NCBI GenBank assembly: GCA_035703525.1
Contig: DASSYA010000005.1
Location: forward strand, 82,532 to 146,531
DNA from: Gemmatimonadales bacterium
GTDB taxonomy: Bacteria; Gemmatimonadota; Gemmatimonadetes; Gemmatimonadales; GWC2-71-9
Direction: 5' to 3'
Length of the DNA: 64,000 nucleotides
Part shown: piece by piece, positions 1 through 9,517 of the stretch
Layout of the letters: each line of letters starts with the position of its first letter
How positions within the stretch are numbered: the stretch's first letter is position 1
Position numbers and translations under genes: made by a program
The notes under the pieces: model-generated
Told to the model about the DNA's origin: nothing
Database searches by the model: none
What the model saw: only the letters and a program-made list of their open reading frames with translations

Positions 1-498
1 CACCTCGACGAGGACTGGGAGCCCACCGATAGCGTGCCCGCGGCCCAGGCCGGTCGTGCGCTCGAGGAGGCGGAGGATCGCTTCCTGCGGCTGGCAGCGG
101 AGTATGACAACTACCGGCGGCGGACCATCAAGGAGAAGGCCGAGTCGTTCGACCGTGGTGCGAGTGACTTCGCGGGACGATTGCTCGATGTGCTCGACGA
201 TTTCGATCGGTTGCTGACCAGCGACGTCGAAACCACCGACTACTCCACGTATCGATCGGCTGCCGAGTTGATCATCAAGAAGCTGTGCAAGGAGCTCGAG
301 GCCGGGGGGCTCACGCGGCTCGATCCGACCGGTGCCAGGTTCGATCCGGACGAGCAGGATGCCGTCGCTGTGGTCACGCCGGACGATCCCGCCCTCGACG
401 ACACCGTCAAGGCCACCTTCCAGTTCGGCTACGCCTTCCGTGGCACGGTGATCCGCCATGCCAAGGTCCAGGTCTGGTCGATCGACGGGTCCCTCTAA
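1..498 (+). CDS. grpE: Nucleotide exchange factor GrpE; 5' end runs off the window
   Basis: ORF 34..498 stays open in the same frame back to base 1 (HLDEDWEPTDS...). 'FLRLAAEYDNYRRRTIKEK' and the C-terminal 'FQFGYAFRGTVIRHAKV' are typical GrpE. dnaJ follows immediately. Confidence 0.9.
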   Translation, partial: HLDEDWEPTDSVPAAQAGRALEEAEDRFLRLAAEYDNYRRRTIKEKAESFDRGASDFAGRLLDVLDDFDRLLTSDVETTDYSTYRSAAELIIKKLCKELEAGGLTRLDPTGARFDPDEQDAVAVVTPDDPALDDTVKATFQFGYAFRGTVIRHAKVQVWSIDGSL

Positions 499-1590
<1,092 letters not shown>

Positions 1591-1615
1591 GCGCGACCGT
1601 CAGGTCGCGCTTCGG
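1591..1615. terminator. Candidate bidirectional stem-loop between convergent genes
   Basis: gcgcgacc-gtca-ggtcgcgc (8-bp perfect stem, 4-nt loop) followed by ttcgg. It starts 1 nt after the dnaJ stop and lies 45 nt from the stop of the minus-strand gene. Confidence 0.4.
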
Positions 1616-1659
1616 ATGTCGGCCGTTCCAGCCGCGGCCGCCGCGCTCCCCCAGGCCGC

Positions 1660-2328
1660 TCACGACACGAACCAGTCCGGATTGCGGTCGATGAACTTGT
1701 CGATCCAGACATCGATGAACGAGCGCCGTTCTCGCATCATGTACCACCACCCCATGGTGCTGATGATTGCGGCGCCGATGGTGTTCACGATCATGTCCCA
1801 CATGGTATCCGTCAGACCGGAGGGGTCGCCGAGCATCGGTTTCTGCATCACGGTCCCGAAGAACGAGTCCATGGCGAACTCGAAGATCTCCCACAACCCG
1901 CCGACCGCCACGGCGAAGATGAATGCGAAGAAGGCGACGAATCGAGGGGTCATCGAGAACGCGATCGCCCGGCTGGCGTTGAGCACATAGATCAGCAGGA
2001 ATCCGAGGATGCCCATGAGCAACCCGGATGTGCCGTGGAGCGCGATGTCCCACCACCAGAACCTGTCGTAGTAGCTGCGGACCTCTCCCAGGAACAGCGC
2101 GGCAAAGACGAACAGCAGTGCGAGCACCTGGAATTCCGGCGGGATCTGCACCACCAGGCGGTCGCTGAACACGGTGACGAGGAGGATCAGCAACGCGATC
2201 ATCATGATGAGGAACGCGCTCAGCCAGAGCCCCTTCGACACTACCACGACCAGGTCGATCGTCATCAAGGTGACGATGACGATCACGAGCCATCGCTTGA
2301 TCCTGGTCGCACCTTCGAGTTTCTCCAT
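1660..2328 (-). CDS. Polytopic integral membrane protein (family not assigned)
   Basis: 222-aa ORF with about 6 hydrophobic segments and acidic/aromatic motifs (WEIFEFAMDSFFG, TDTMWDMIVNTIGA). Composition looks coding, unlike the overlapping alternative frames. Confidence 0.6.
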   Translation of the reverse strand: MEKLEGATRIKRWLVIVIVTLMTIDLVVVVSKGLWLSAFLIMMIALLILLVTVFSDRLVVQIPPEFQVLALLFVFAALFLGEVRSYYDRFWWWDIALHGTSGLLMGILGFLLIYVLNASRAIAFSMTPRFVAFFAFIFAVAVGGLWEIFEFAMDSFFGTVMQKPMLGDPSGLTDTMWDMIVNTIGAAIISTMGWWYMMRERRSFIDVWIDKFIDRNPDWFVS

Positions 2329-2391
2329 GGCACCTTCGTGTGGCAGGTCAGTGAGGCGGCGCGCAAGATCTTCGGGCGTTCGGCTCGGCCC

Positions 2392-3069
2392 CTAGGAACC
2401 GGACAGCAGCTTCACCGCGTGGTCGGCGATGGCTTGCATCTGTCGCTCGCGTTCGCGTGCCCAGCGCGGCATCCGGATCCCGTTGGCGACGAAGGCGGCA
2501 ATGGCGAGTCCGCCGAACATGCCGACGAGGATCAGCGCCTTGCCGGGCTTGCCGGCGGCGGCAACCACGGCGCCCATGACCGCCGACATCCCGCCCATCA
2601 GGAACCCCATTCCGGTCAGGGCCATGGCATCGCCCTTGATCGTGCTCAAGCGGAGCTGCTCGCCGTGCGCGGTCGGTTCGACGCAGATGTGCAGGTTGCC
2701 CTGGGCCCACTCGCGGAGTCCGCCCGAAGCGGTCACGGTCCCCTGCGTCCCGAACGTCGACCGGAATTCGGCGATCAACTGTTCCCATTCCCGGTCGGTC
2801 GGGGCACGCGGCAGGTCGACGACCTGGGAGACGCCGATGGGCAGTCCCATCGATCGACGGATCCGGGCGGGCGCGCCGCGGGCCTCGAGGCTCGCGACGG
2901 CGTCCCTCACACGGGCCGGTTCGATGCCGGCTTCCTGGCCGATCTGCTGGAGTTGCTCAAGGGTCAGACCACTGGATTCGGTTGGCAGCGACTGGCCGGG
3001 GGTGCTGCCCGTGGTCGCCAGAGAGAAGATGTCGCGGACTTCGTCCTCGTCGTAGCGTCGTGTCGTCAT
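2392..3069 (-). CDS. Hypothetical protein: soluble N-terminal domain plus C-terminal membrane segments
   Basis: ORF 2392..3126; the likely start is the ATG at 3069 (MTTRRYDEDEV...). C-terminal Gly/Ala-rich hydrophobic stretches (LTGMGFLMGGMSAVMGAVVAAAG, LILVGMFGGLAIAAFVANG). No recognisable family. Confidence 0.5.
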   Translation of the reverse strand: MTTRRYDEDEVRDIFSLATTGSTPGQSLPTESSGLTLEQLQQIGQEAGIEPARVRDAVASLEARGAPARIRRSMGLPIGVSQVVDLPRAPTDREWEQLIAEFRSTFGTQGTVTASGGLREWAQGNLHICVEPTAHGEQLRLSTIKGDAMALTGMGFLMGGMSAVMGAVVAAAGKPGKALILVGMFGGLAIAAFVANGIRMPRWARERERQMQAIADHAVKLLSGS

Positions 3070-3359
3070 GGGGAACGAGTGTACCGGGGTGGGGGGGCTG
3101 GCGCTAGGCCGTGGCCGGGCCGCCATGCTCCGCTCCTAGTGGTGGTCCACCATCTCGACATCATGCGCGTCGCCATCCCGCCATCGAACCCCACGGGGGC
3201 ACTCCTCGCTCCTCCACGTCGTTGCAACACCGAATGTGTGCCGCGACCGACATCATTGCCTCGCAGGCAATCGAACTCGCCGCTGCGCGGCTCAGAACCG
3301 ATTCCCTGCTCGACAAGATGTCGGTCACATGCCTGATTCGACCACGTCTGGGCTACGCC

Positions 3360-4228
3360 TCACCCCTCTGCCCTCACCACCCTCATCCGCCACCACTCCC
3401 AGCACCCGAACAGGAACATGCCTGCCCCGAAGATCTGCATTCCAATCGGGTTGCGCGCCTCGAGGGTGGCGAGCACGATGAGCATGATGCCCCCGGCCAG
3501 GCGTCCAACAATGCGGCTCCGTTGAGTGCGCCTGGCGTAGAAGGCGCGTCCGATCGCGTAGCTCACGATGGCGAGGAGGAACGGCAGCAGCGCAGTCATG
3601 AAGATCGCCTTGACGATGGTTGACAACGAGAGCGCAAGCGTGGGTTCGAAGCCGCGCAGGTCGGCGGTGGTGACGCCGCGCGACTCGAGGACGGTGCGGA
3701 GACGGAGCCTGGTCCGACGGAGCCGTCCCTCGACCGCGCGCTCGGAGAGATCAAGACCCTCGGCGATCCGAGCGAGTGAATGGCCCGCGAAGTAGTGCGA
3801 CTCGATCAGGTAGCGGCCATCGGGCGGCAGCTCGGCCAGGGCGGCGTGGAGGATCGTGTGCTGTTCCCTGGTCTCGAGTGCGGCACCCTCATCCGGCGCC
3901 TGGAGTGTGCCGGCCGGGACGTGGTCGAGTGGGACACTGGGGCGGCGCCTGTGCTCGTTGAAGAGGATGTTCCGGGCCACGGTCCGGAGCCAGGCACCCG
4001 GCCGGTCGGGGACACCGCGGGAGGGCCAGTAGCGGATCGCACGTAGCCAGCTCTCCTGGGCGATATCGTCGGCGAGCTGCCGATCGCCGTGGGAGGCGCG
4101 AAGAAGGGAGGCGCGGAGGCGATCGGCCTCCTTCCGCGACGCCCCCAGGTCGGTGCCTCAGGCATCGCCTCGGGCAGGTCGCGCAGCATGGCGTGCCGTT
4201 CCGGGGTGAGGTCGGGATGGTCGGGCAT
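3360..4228 (-). CDS. ECF-type sigma-70 factor fused to three C-terminal transmembrane segments; reading frame interrupted near 4142-4157
   Basis: Region 4 (GHSLARIAEGLDLSERAVEGRLRRTRLRL) runs without a stop into three hydrophobic helices. Region 2 (DDIAQESWLRAIRYW...PGAWLRTVARNILFNEHRRR) is in the same frame upstream of the GTG at 3980. That frame is closed by TGA at 4158-4160 and has no ATG/GTG/TTG before 3980. The ATG at 4228 lies in another frame. Confidence 0.7.
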
Positions 4229-4415
4229 GGTGGAAGGTAAGGGGCCGCCCCTACACCTCGGCGGAGGCGGGTCGTGTCCGCCTCGCTGACGAGCGTATCC
4301 CCGCGTACATCATTCCCCGAGTGCCGGGCTTGTTCGGGAGGGTCTGGGGCGTCCGGGAGCGGTACCGGTTGGGTGTGGCTGGGGCTGATGTCACCAAGGC
4401 GAAGGCGATCCTTGG

Positions 4416-4901
4416 TTAGCCCCGCCGCGCGGCCTCGATGGTCGCGATATCGATCTTCACCATCTCCATCATCGCCTCGAACGCGCGCTTGGCCGCGGCA
4501 GGATCGGGGTCGGTAATCGCTTCCGTGAGCGCGATCGGCGTGATCTGCCAATTGAGCCCCCACCGGTCCTTGCACCAGCCGCAGGCACTCGCCTGGCCGC
4601 CGTTCTCGATGATCGCATTCCAGTAGCGATCGGTCTCCTCCTGATCGACCGTGGCGACCTGAAAGGAGAAGGCCTCGGTGTGCGGGAATGCCGGTCCGCC
4701 GTTGAGCCCGAGACACGGAATCCCCAGGACGGTGAACTCGACCGTCAGCACATCACCGGACTTGCCTGATGGATAGTCGCCGGGCGAGCGGTGAATCGCG
4801 CCCACCGCCGAATCGGGAAAGGTGTCGGCGTAGAATCGCGCCGCCGCTTCGGCGTCGCCGTTGAACCAGAGACAGATCGTGTTCCTGGCGGGTGTCGACA
4901 T
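4416..4901 (-). CDS. VOC-superfamily protein (PhnB / 3-demethylubiquinone-9 3-methyltransferase-domain type)
   Basis: 161 aa. 'ICLWFNGDAEAAARFYADTFPDS...VLTVEFTVLGIPCLGLNGGPAF...EAFSFQVATVDQEETDRYW...CGWCKDRWGLNWQI' matches the pattern I know for this family. Confidence 0.75.
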   Translation of the reverse strand: MSTPARNTICLWFNGDAEAAARFYADTFPDSAVGAIHRSPGDYPSGKSGDVLTVEFTVLGIPCLGLNGGPAFPHTEAFSFQVATVDQEETDRYWNAIIENGGQASACGWCKDRWGLNWQITPIALTEAITDPDPAAAKRAFEAMMEMVKIDIATIEAARRG

Positions 4902-4902
4902 G

Positions 4903-5349
4903 TCAGCTCTCCTGGGGTGCCACCGTTGCGGTGTACCGACGACTTGCCATCACGGCCAGCACGATTCCAGCCGCGACCTGTCCCCACACGGCGACGATAC
5001 GGAGCGTCGACGCAGGCACCTGCCGACTGATGAACCAGTGCACCCCCGCGCCGGCGAGCCATGCGCCGAACAACATCCAGAACATGGCGAGGGCAACGAT
5101 CCGGTACCGATCGCCCAGGACGCGACGGTCCCGCTTGTCGAGCCGTGCGCCCCAGACCACCAGGGCGATCCCGAGGAGGAGCTGCACGCCGACGGCCACC
5201 GTGCGAACCGTGCTGGCGTCGGGGTGAGTGATCGGGGTGATCAGCCAGTTGCCGGCGGTACCGGCGAGTACACAGCCGAACAGGATCAGGACCACTCCAC
5301 TGCCGGTGCGGATCTTCATCGGGACTCCCTGGTGAGGGGCAAGCGGCAT
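4903..5349 (-). CDS. Small membrane protein (4 predicted TM segments)
   Basis: Hydrophobic ORF. The start is at 5349 or, more likely, the ATG at 5319 (MKIRTGSGVVLILFG...). Its stop is 2 nt from the start of the downstream gene. No family assigned. Confidence 0.5.
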   Translation of the reverse strand: MPLAPHQGVPMKIRTGSGVVLILFGCVLAGTAGNWLITPITHPDASTVRTVAVGVQLLLGIALVVWGARLDKRDRRVLGDRYRIVALAMFWMLFGAWLAGAGVHWFISRQVPASTLRIVAVWGQVAAGIVLAVMASRRYTATVAPQES

Positions 5350-5395
5350 GCTCTCACGGAACTTGGCGTGCCGCTGCCGAGGCGCAAGGGGCAGT

Positions 5396-5920
5396 TCACC
5401 GCGTCAGGATCGACAGGTAAGCCTGCCACGGCCCGACCTCCGCACGATACTGTTTCGCCATCACACGGGCCACCTGGGCGATGTGGCCGAGGTCGTGGAC
5501 GACCCAGGTCGCGAGGAGTTGCTCCAGGGTCACGCGTCCGAAGGCCGGGTGTTCGCCGGTGAGCTGAAGTTGATCGAGGGTAAGACTCCATCCGATGAGC
5601 TCGGCGAGGTTGCGTGCCCGGAGTTCGCTGAACCGTGCGAGCAGCTCGTCGATCGACCGGCCATTGAGCGCGTTGATCGCCCCGACCCGGTCGAACGGCT
5701 CGAATCGCCGATCCGGGCCCTGCGCAAGGATGGTGCGGGCCCGGACCACCCAGTCGCTCTCCTCGGCGCCGATCAGGTGGGCCACAATCTCGACCGGGCT
5801 CCACGTGTCGTGTCCCTCGGTAGCGTGGAGCCAAGGCGTCGACAACCCCGAAAGCAGTTCGCGAAGCACGAGCGGCGTGCGTTCGAGTACCGCGGCGGCA
5901 TTGGTGAGGTCAAAGGGCAT
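5396..5920 (-). CDS. DinB-family (DinB_2-like) metal-dependent four-helix-bundle protein
   Basis: 174 aa with spaced His residues typical of DinB-like proteins (WSPVEIVAHLIGAEE...; VVHDLGHIAQVARV). Confidence 0.7.
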   Translation of the reverse strand: MPFDLTNAAAVLERTPLVLRELLSGLSTPWLHATEGHDTWSPVEIVAHLIGAEESDWVVRARTILAQGPDRRFEPFDRVGAINALNGRSIDELLARFSELRARNLAELIGWSLTLDQLQLTGEHPAFGRVTLEQLLATWVVHDLGHIAQVARVMAKQYRAEVGPWQAYLSILTR

Positions 5921-5939
5921 GGTGCGATCCTCCGGCTAC

Positions 5940-7670
5940 CTACTCAAGGGACTTCAACACCGCCACCGCCGCCTTCCGCACCCGCGCCTGCCCGGCCGCC
6001 ACCTCTGCCGTCAAGTCGAGGTGCGGCAGCGTCATCTCCGGGATCGCCGCGATCGCACCGATGTAGTAGTCGCGCCAGGCAGCAATGATGGTCTGCTGCA
6101 ACGCCGCCGAGTCGGCGGCTGCCGCGATTGCCGCCCGCGAGAGTGCTCCCTCCGCGGCAAGCCGCCGCTCGGCGATCCCCGCCATCTCGATGATCGCAGC
6201 ACGAGCATACGTCGGCTCGTTGCCAGCCGTCAGGATCAGCGAGCTCGCCAGTGCACAATTCCCCACGTGCTGCAGCTCGGCGGCGCTCACCATGTCGATT
6301 CGATCGAGATCGACGTGATAGTACTGGTCGGTGAAGTGCCACATCAGCAGTCCCGGAATCCCGGCGGAGAGGAACGGGGAGTGGTCGCTCCCCCCCTCGT
6401 AGGGGTTCGCCTTGACGACCCAGCTGCCGCCGGTGGCGAGTGACTGATCGACACACCGCTGCTTGACGAAGTCGTTGAAGTAGTGCGGCCAGATGTCCTT
6501 GGCCGTCATCCGTTGGCCTTCGCCCCACTCGGTGTGCTGGTCCTCACCACGCACCCAGATCTTCGATGGATCGGGCATCTTCTCGATCAGGAAGGTGCCG
6601 CCGGTGAGCGCCGTGTTCTCGCCCACCATGTCGAGCGACATTCCCCACTTGATTCCGCGCGCCCGCACCGAATCCTCCGAGATGTAGCGCCGCGTCTGGG
6701 TGATCTCGACGCCCCAGAGCATCGTGATGGTGCGCCCCGGATCGATCTCCCCGGCTCGAAGCATCACGGCCGCCGTCCGCGCCATCTCGGCGAGCAGGCC
6801 GACACCGGTCGCGTTGTCATTGGCGCCCGGCTCCTGCACATGGGCCGAATAGACGAACCGCTCCTCCGGCGCGATCGACCCGCGGATCTCCGCCACGACG
6901 GTCCGCTCCGGCCGCTCCTCGAAGACCGACTGCACGTCGACGTGGGCACGCACCGGCCCCTTCGCCATCGCGGCCAGGAGATGTTCCTTCGACTCGAGCG
7001 AGAGGAAGATCGTCCAGATCCTGTTCGTGCTGTCGAACGCCATCGACCGGAAATTGATCGCGGTGCGATTCTTCGACTGCTGGTTGTAGGCCGGCAGCGT
7101 CTGCGCCTGCAGGATACCGATCGCGCCCTCGGGGATGGCGGTGCGGCCACGGCGCGCACCCGGTGCCGGCGCATTGATGAACACGATCTTGCCGCGCACC
7201 TCCGGACTGCCCTCAGGGACGATCTCGGCGGTGACACCGCCCGTCGGGGTGGGCCACGAGTTCGACGCCAGCATGTTGTGGTTGGTCGACCACTGCTGGA
7301 GCGGGGTCGACTCGCCCTCGAGTGTGATCGAGGCATCGAGTGGCGACCAGGCCAGCCCGCGGAGCGGACGGGACTCGATGCGGTACGTCAATCGGTCGGA
7401 GGGCTTGGCGCGATCCTCGCGCACGTAGCCGGCCGCTTCGAGGAGCCCGGCCACCGTGTCGATTCCCGCATCGAAGCCGCGGCTCCCCGGGTCGCGGTAG
7501 AACCGCTGGACGTAGTCGACGGTCGTGAACGCCCGGTCACCCGAGAGGGTCTTCCTGATCGGTTCCGTGATCGGGGCGAACGCCGGGTTGGCTCGGACCG
7601 GGCTGGCCTGCTGGGCACAGGCGAGGGTCGGGATGAACGACAGGGCGACGAGCAGGCGGAGCAGGGACAC
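5940..7670 (-). CDS. Secreted M28-family metallopeptidase (aminopeptidase-like)
   Basis: N-terminal signal peptide (MSLLRLLVALSFIPTLACAQQ), M28 metal-ligand motifs 'HVQEPGANDNATGVGLLAEMAR' and 'EGGSDHSPFLSAGIPGL'. Confidence 0.85.
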   Translation of the reverse strand: MSLLRLLVALSFIPTLACAQQASPVRANPAFAPITEPIRKTLSGDRAFTTVDYVQRFYRDPGSRGFDAGIDTVAGLLEAAGYVREDRAKPSDRLTYRIESRPLRGLAWSPLDASITLEGESTPLQQWSTNHNMLASNSWPTPTGGVTAEIVPEGSPEVRGKIVFINAPAPGARRGRTAIPEGAIGILQAQTLPAYNQQSKNRTAINFRSMAFDSTNRIWTIFLSLESKEHLLAAMAKGPVRAHVDVQSVFEERPERTVVAEIRGSIAPEERFVYSAHVQEPGANDNATGVGLLAEMARTAAVMLRAGEIDPGRTITMLWGVEITQTRRYISEDSVRARGIKWGMSLDMVGENTALTGGTFLIEKMPDPSKIWVRGEDQHTEWGEGQRMTAKDIWPHYFNDFVKQRCVDQSLATGGSWVVKANPYEGGSDHSPFLSAGIPGLLMWHFTDQYYHVDLDRIDMVSAAELQHVGNCALASSLILTAGNEPTYARAAIIEMAGIAERRLAAEGALSRAAIAAAADSAALQQTIIAAWRDYYIGAIAAIPEMTLPHLDLTAEVAAGQARVRKAAVAVLKSLE

Positions 7671-7703
7671 GCAAGAACCTCGAGAGGAGGGACGAGTGGG
7701 CCA

Positions 7704-7751
7704 GAGATCCCTCGACTACGCGCCCTCCGGGCGCTCCGCTCGGGATGACTC
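7704..7751. repeat. REP-like nested palindromic element
   Basis: gagatccctcgac...gcgccc-tcc-gggcgc...tcgggatgactc: a central 6-bp/3-nt hairpin flanked by atccc/gggat pairing. It contains the 16-mer ctccgctcgggatgac (7734-7749), whose reverse complement recurs at 17852-17867. Confidence 0.5.
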
Positions 7752-7770
7752 CTTGGAACCGGCCGGAAAG

Positions 7771-7815
7771 CTACACCCTTCCGATCAACACTCCGAGCGT
7801 GCCGAGGTCGGGTTC
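7771..7815 (-). repeat. Orphan copy of the ppk 3' end (att-like direct repeat, left)
   Basis: 40/45 nt identical to 13086-13130 in the same orientation, starting exactly at the stop codon. The minus-strand reading is EPDLGTLGVLIGRV* versus EPDRGTHGVLIGRV* in ppk. Confidence 0.8.
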
Positions 7816-7820
7816 AGCTT

Positions 7821-8151
7821 GGTCTCTTTCGCAATCTGGTACCTCGCGGTAGACTGATTCAGACCCTGACAGGGGCCCTGCCGCCTCAGGTGCCCCGTTA
7901 TCGACCCAGGAGAGTCGTTATGCCCCCCCCCCGCTCAGCCATCAGCCGACGTCTCCACACTCCTCCTGGGCCTCCACGACCAACTCCTGGCGTTGACCCT
8001 CACCGAATCGCTCGCTCGGTCGTGTCGCGTGGTTGGTGTGGCCGCGTCCTGGAACGAATTCCACGACGCACTCGATGCTCATCACCCTTCGGTTGCACTG
8101 ATCGACATCCTCGTCGGTGCCGACCGTGTGATGCCCTATCTGGGAGCCATC
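7821..8151 (+). repeat. Direct repeat copy A (331 bp): regulator leader plus first ~230 nt of the regulator CDS
   Basis: Aligns base-for-base with 9518-9851, apart from the poly-C length (10 vs 13) and 6 substitutions that I counted by eye. Confidence 0.9.
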
Positions 8152-8277
8152 CAACTACTGCGAGGAAAATCAGGGCCCTGGTTGGCAGCAGCTGAACTGC
8201 GGTTGGAGCCCGCTGGGCTAAATCCCGACCGGAGCCGGGGTCTGCCGACTGGAGAGGCCCCGGCGTCCGGACGCTGA
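7920..8277 (+). pseudogene. Truncated duplicate of the LuxR-type response regulator (first part of receiver only, then unrelated tail)
   Basis: Same SD+ATG+poly-C start as the full gene. The receiver frame (..TLTESLARSCRVVGVAASWNEFHDALDAHHPSVALIDILVGADRVMPYLGAI) is identical up to 8151, then diverges and stops at 8277. No HTH domain. Confidence 0.65.
7923..7932 (+). repeat. Poly-C tract (10 nt) immediately after the ATG at 7920
   Basis: Counted directly: atg + 10 C + gctcag. The tract length is 3n+1, so the ATG frame is out of register with the receiver frame. Confidence 0.9.
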
Positions 8278-8301
8278 GCAACACGGCAATTTCACCGAGG
8301 G

Positions 8302-9456
8302 ATGATGATGCGATCGATGAGAACATTCGGAGCCAACATGGGCTGGGTCTGCGTCCTGCTTGCTGTCATGCCGTTAAGACTCGTGGCACAGGACCTTGAG
8401 ACGGTTCTGGACGGGAGCACCTCGATCATCAGCCGCTTCACGGCGATCGGAGTTGCGCAGTCCACGATACTGGTTCCCGATCAGGACGAGAATCGAGTGC
8501 TTCTGGTCAATAGTCGAGGAGGTGCGCACCTCTCATTTGGAAGGGAGGGGTCCGGGCCGGGTGAGTTCCGCCGGATCGGCCGGCTCGGCGCGTACGGCAC
8601 CGACGGATTCTGGGTCGAAGATCGAATGCAGATGCGACTCCACCTGATATCGCCAGATGCGAAGTCCCTGGGGGAGCGACCGATTCCGACGCGGATTGGG
8701 ACGCATGACGACAGATCAGGCGCCGACTTCATGAGCAATGCAGGGGTCCGTGCTGCCTACACCGACGGATTGATGCTCGTGGAGGTCTCCGCGCCCGGCG
8801 AGCGTGCGTTCAGTGCCAATTGGACTGGCCGATCGTCGTCCGGCGACGACGTTGCTTTCGCTCTCGTGGATTCGAGTGGGACTGTACGAAGGATCGCCGG
8901 TTGGCGTCGCGGGGTCCGCCGTTGTTTCGCATCGCCCACTGGAGTCACGATGCGAACGCCGCTCTGCGCTGATCCAATTGTCGAGGTGAGCCCGTCTGGC
9001 GACAGGGTCCTGTTCATCGAGGGCGATGCTGATGCAGGCAAGGGACGATCACGCCAGTTTCAGGTCGTTATAGTCGATCGAAAGGGAAGCCCGGTCAGGA
9101 CGAGCACGATTTCCTACGCTCCGCTCCGGATCTCCGCGACGGTCCGCGACAGCATGGTCGAGGGAGTGGCGAAGGTGTTCCCGCCGGACATGGCAAAGGC
9201 GATTCGCGCAGCTCCCGTTCCGGGGTTCTTCTACCCAGTACGCACGGCGGTTGTTGCGGATGACGGTTCATTCGCACTGGAAGTCTGGGATGCAGACTTC
9301 GATCACCGATACCGGATCTTCGGTAGTGACGGAATCGAACGCCCTTCTGTCACGTTGCCGAGTAGCGATACGGTAATCGGTATGACTGGCGTGTTCTATT
9401 ACGTGCTCCGAACCGACACGGATGGGATCCAGACCCTCCTGCGCGGCCGGCGATAG
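8302..9456 (+). CDS. Secreted NHL-like / 6-bladed beta-propeller-type protein, paralog 1
   Basis: Signal peptide (GWVCVLLAVMPLRLVAQD). The 'FGREGSGPGEFRRIGRL' motif is typical of NHL/6-bladed propeller blades. Paralogous to 10624..11685 (shared GxGPGE blade motif and C-terminal 'YYVLRTDTDG' vs 'WYVMRTDKDG'). Confidence 0.7.
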   Translation: MMMRSMRTFGANMGWVCVLLAVMPLRLVAQDLETVLDGSTSIISRFTAIGVAQSTILVPDQDENRVLLVNSRGGAHLSFGREGSGPGEFRRIGRLGAYGTDGFWVEDRMQMRLHLISPDAKSLGERPIPTRIGTHDDRSGADFMSNAGVRAAYTDGLMLVEVSAPGERAFSANWTGRSSSGDDVAFALVDSSGTVRRIAGWRRGVRRCFASPTGVTMRTPLCADPIVEVSPSGDRVLFIEGDADAGKGRSRQFQVVIVDRKGSPVRTSTISYAPLRISATVRDSMVEGVAKVFPPDMAKAIRAAPVPGFFYPVRTAVVADDGSFALEVWDADFDHRYRIFGSDGIERPSVTLPSSDTVIGMTGVFYYVLRTDTDGIQTLLRGRR

Positions 9457-9517
9457 TTCATGGCGGAAGTGGCAGTGACCAGGCTGCGCGTCTGTGGTGC
9501 TCGCTCGGGGTCGTCCC

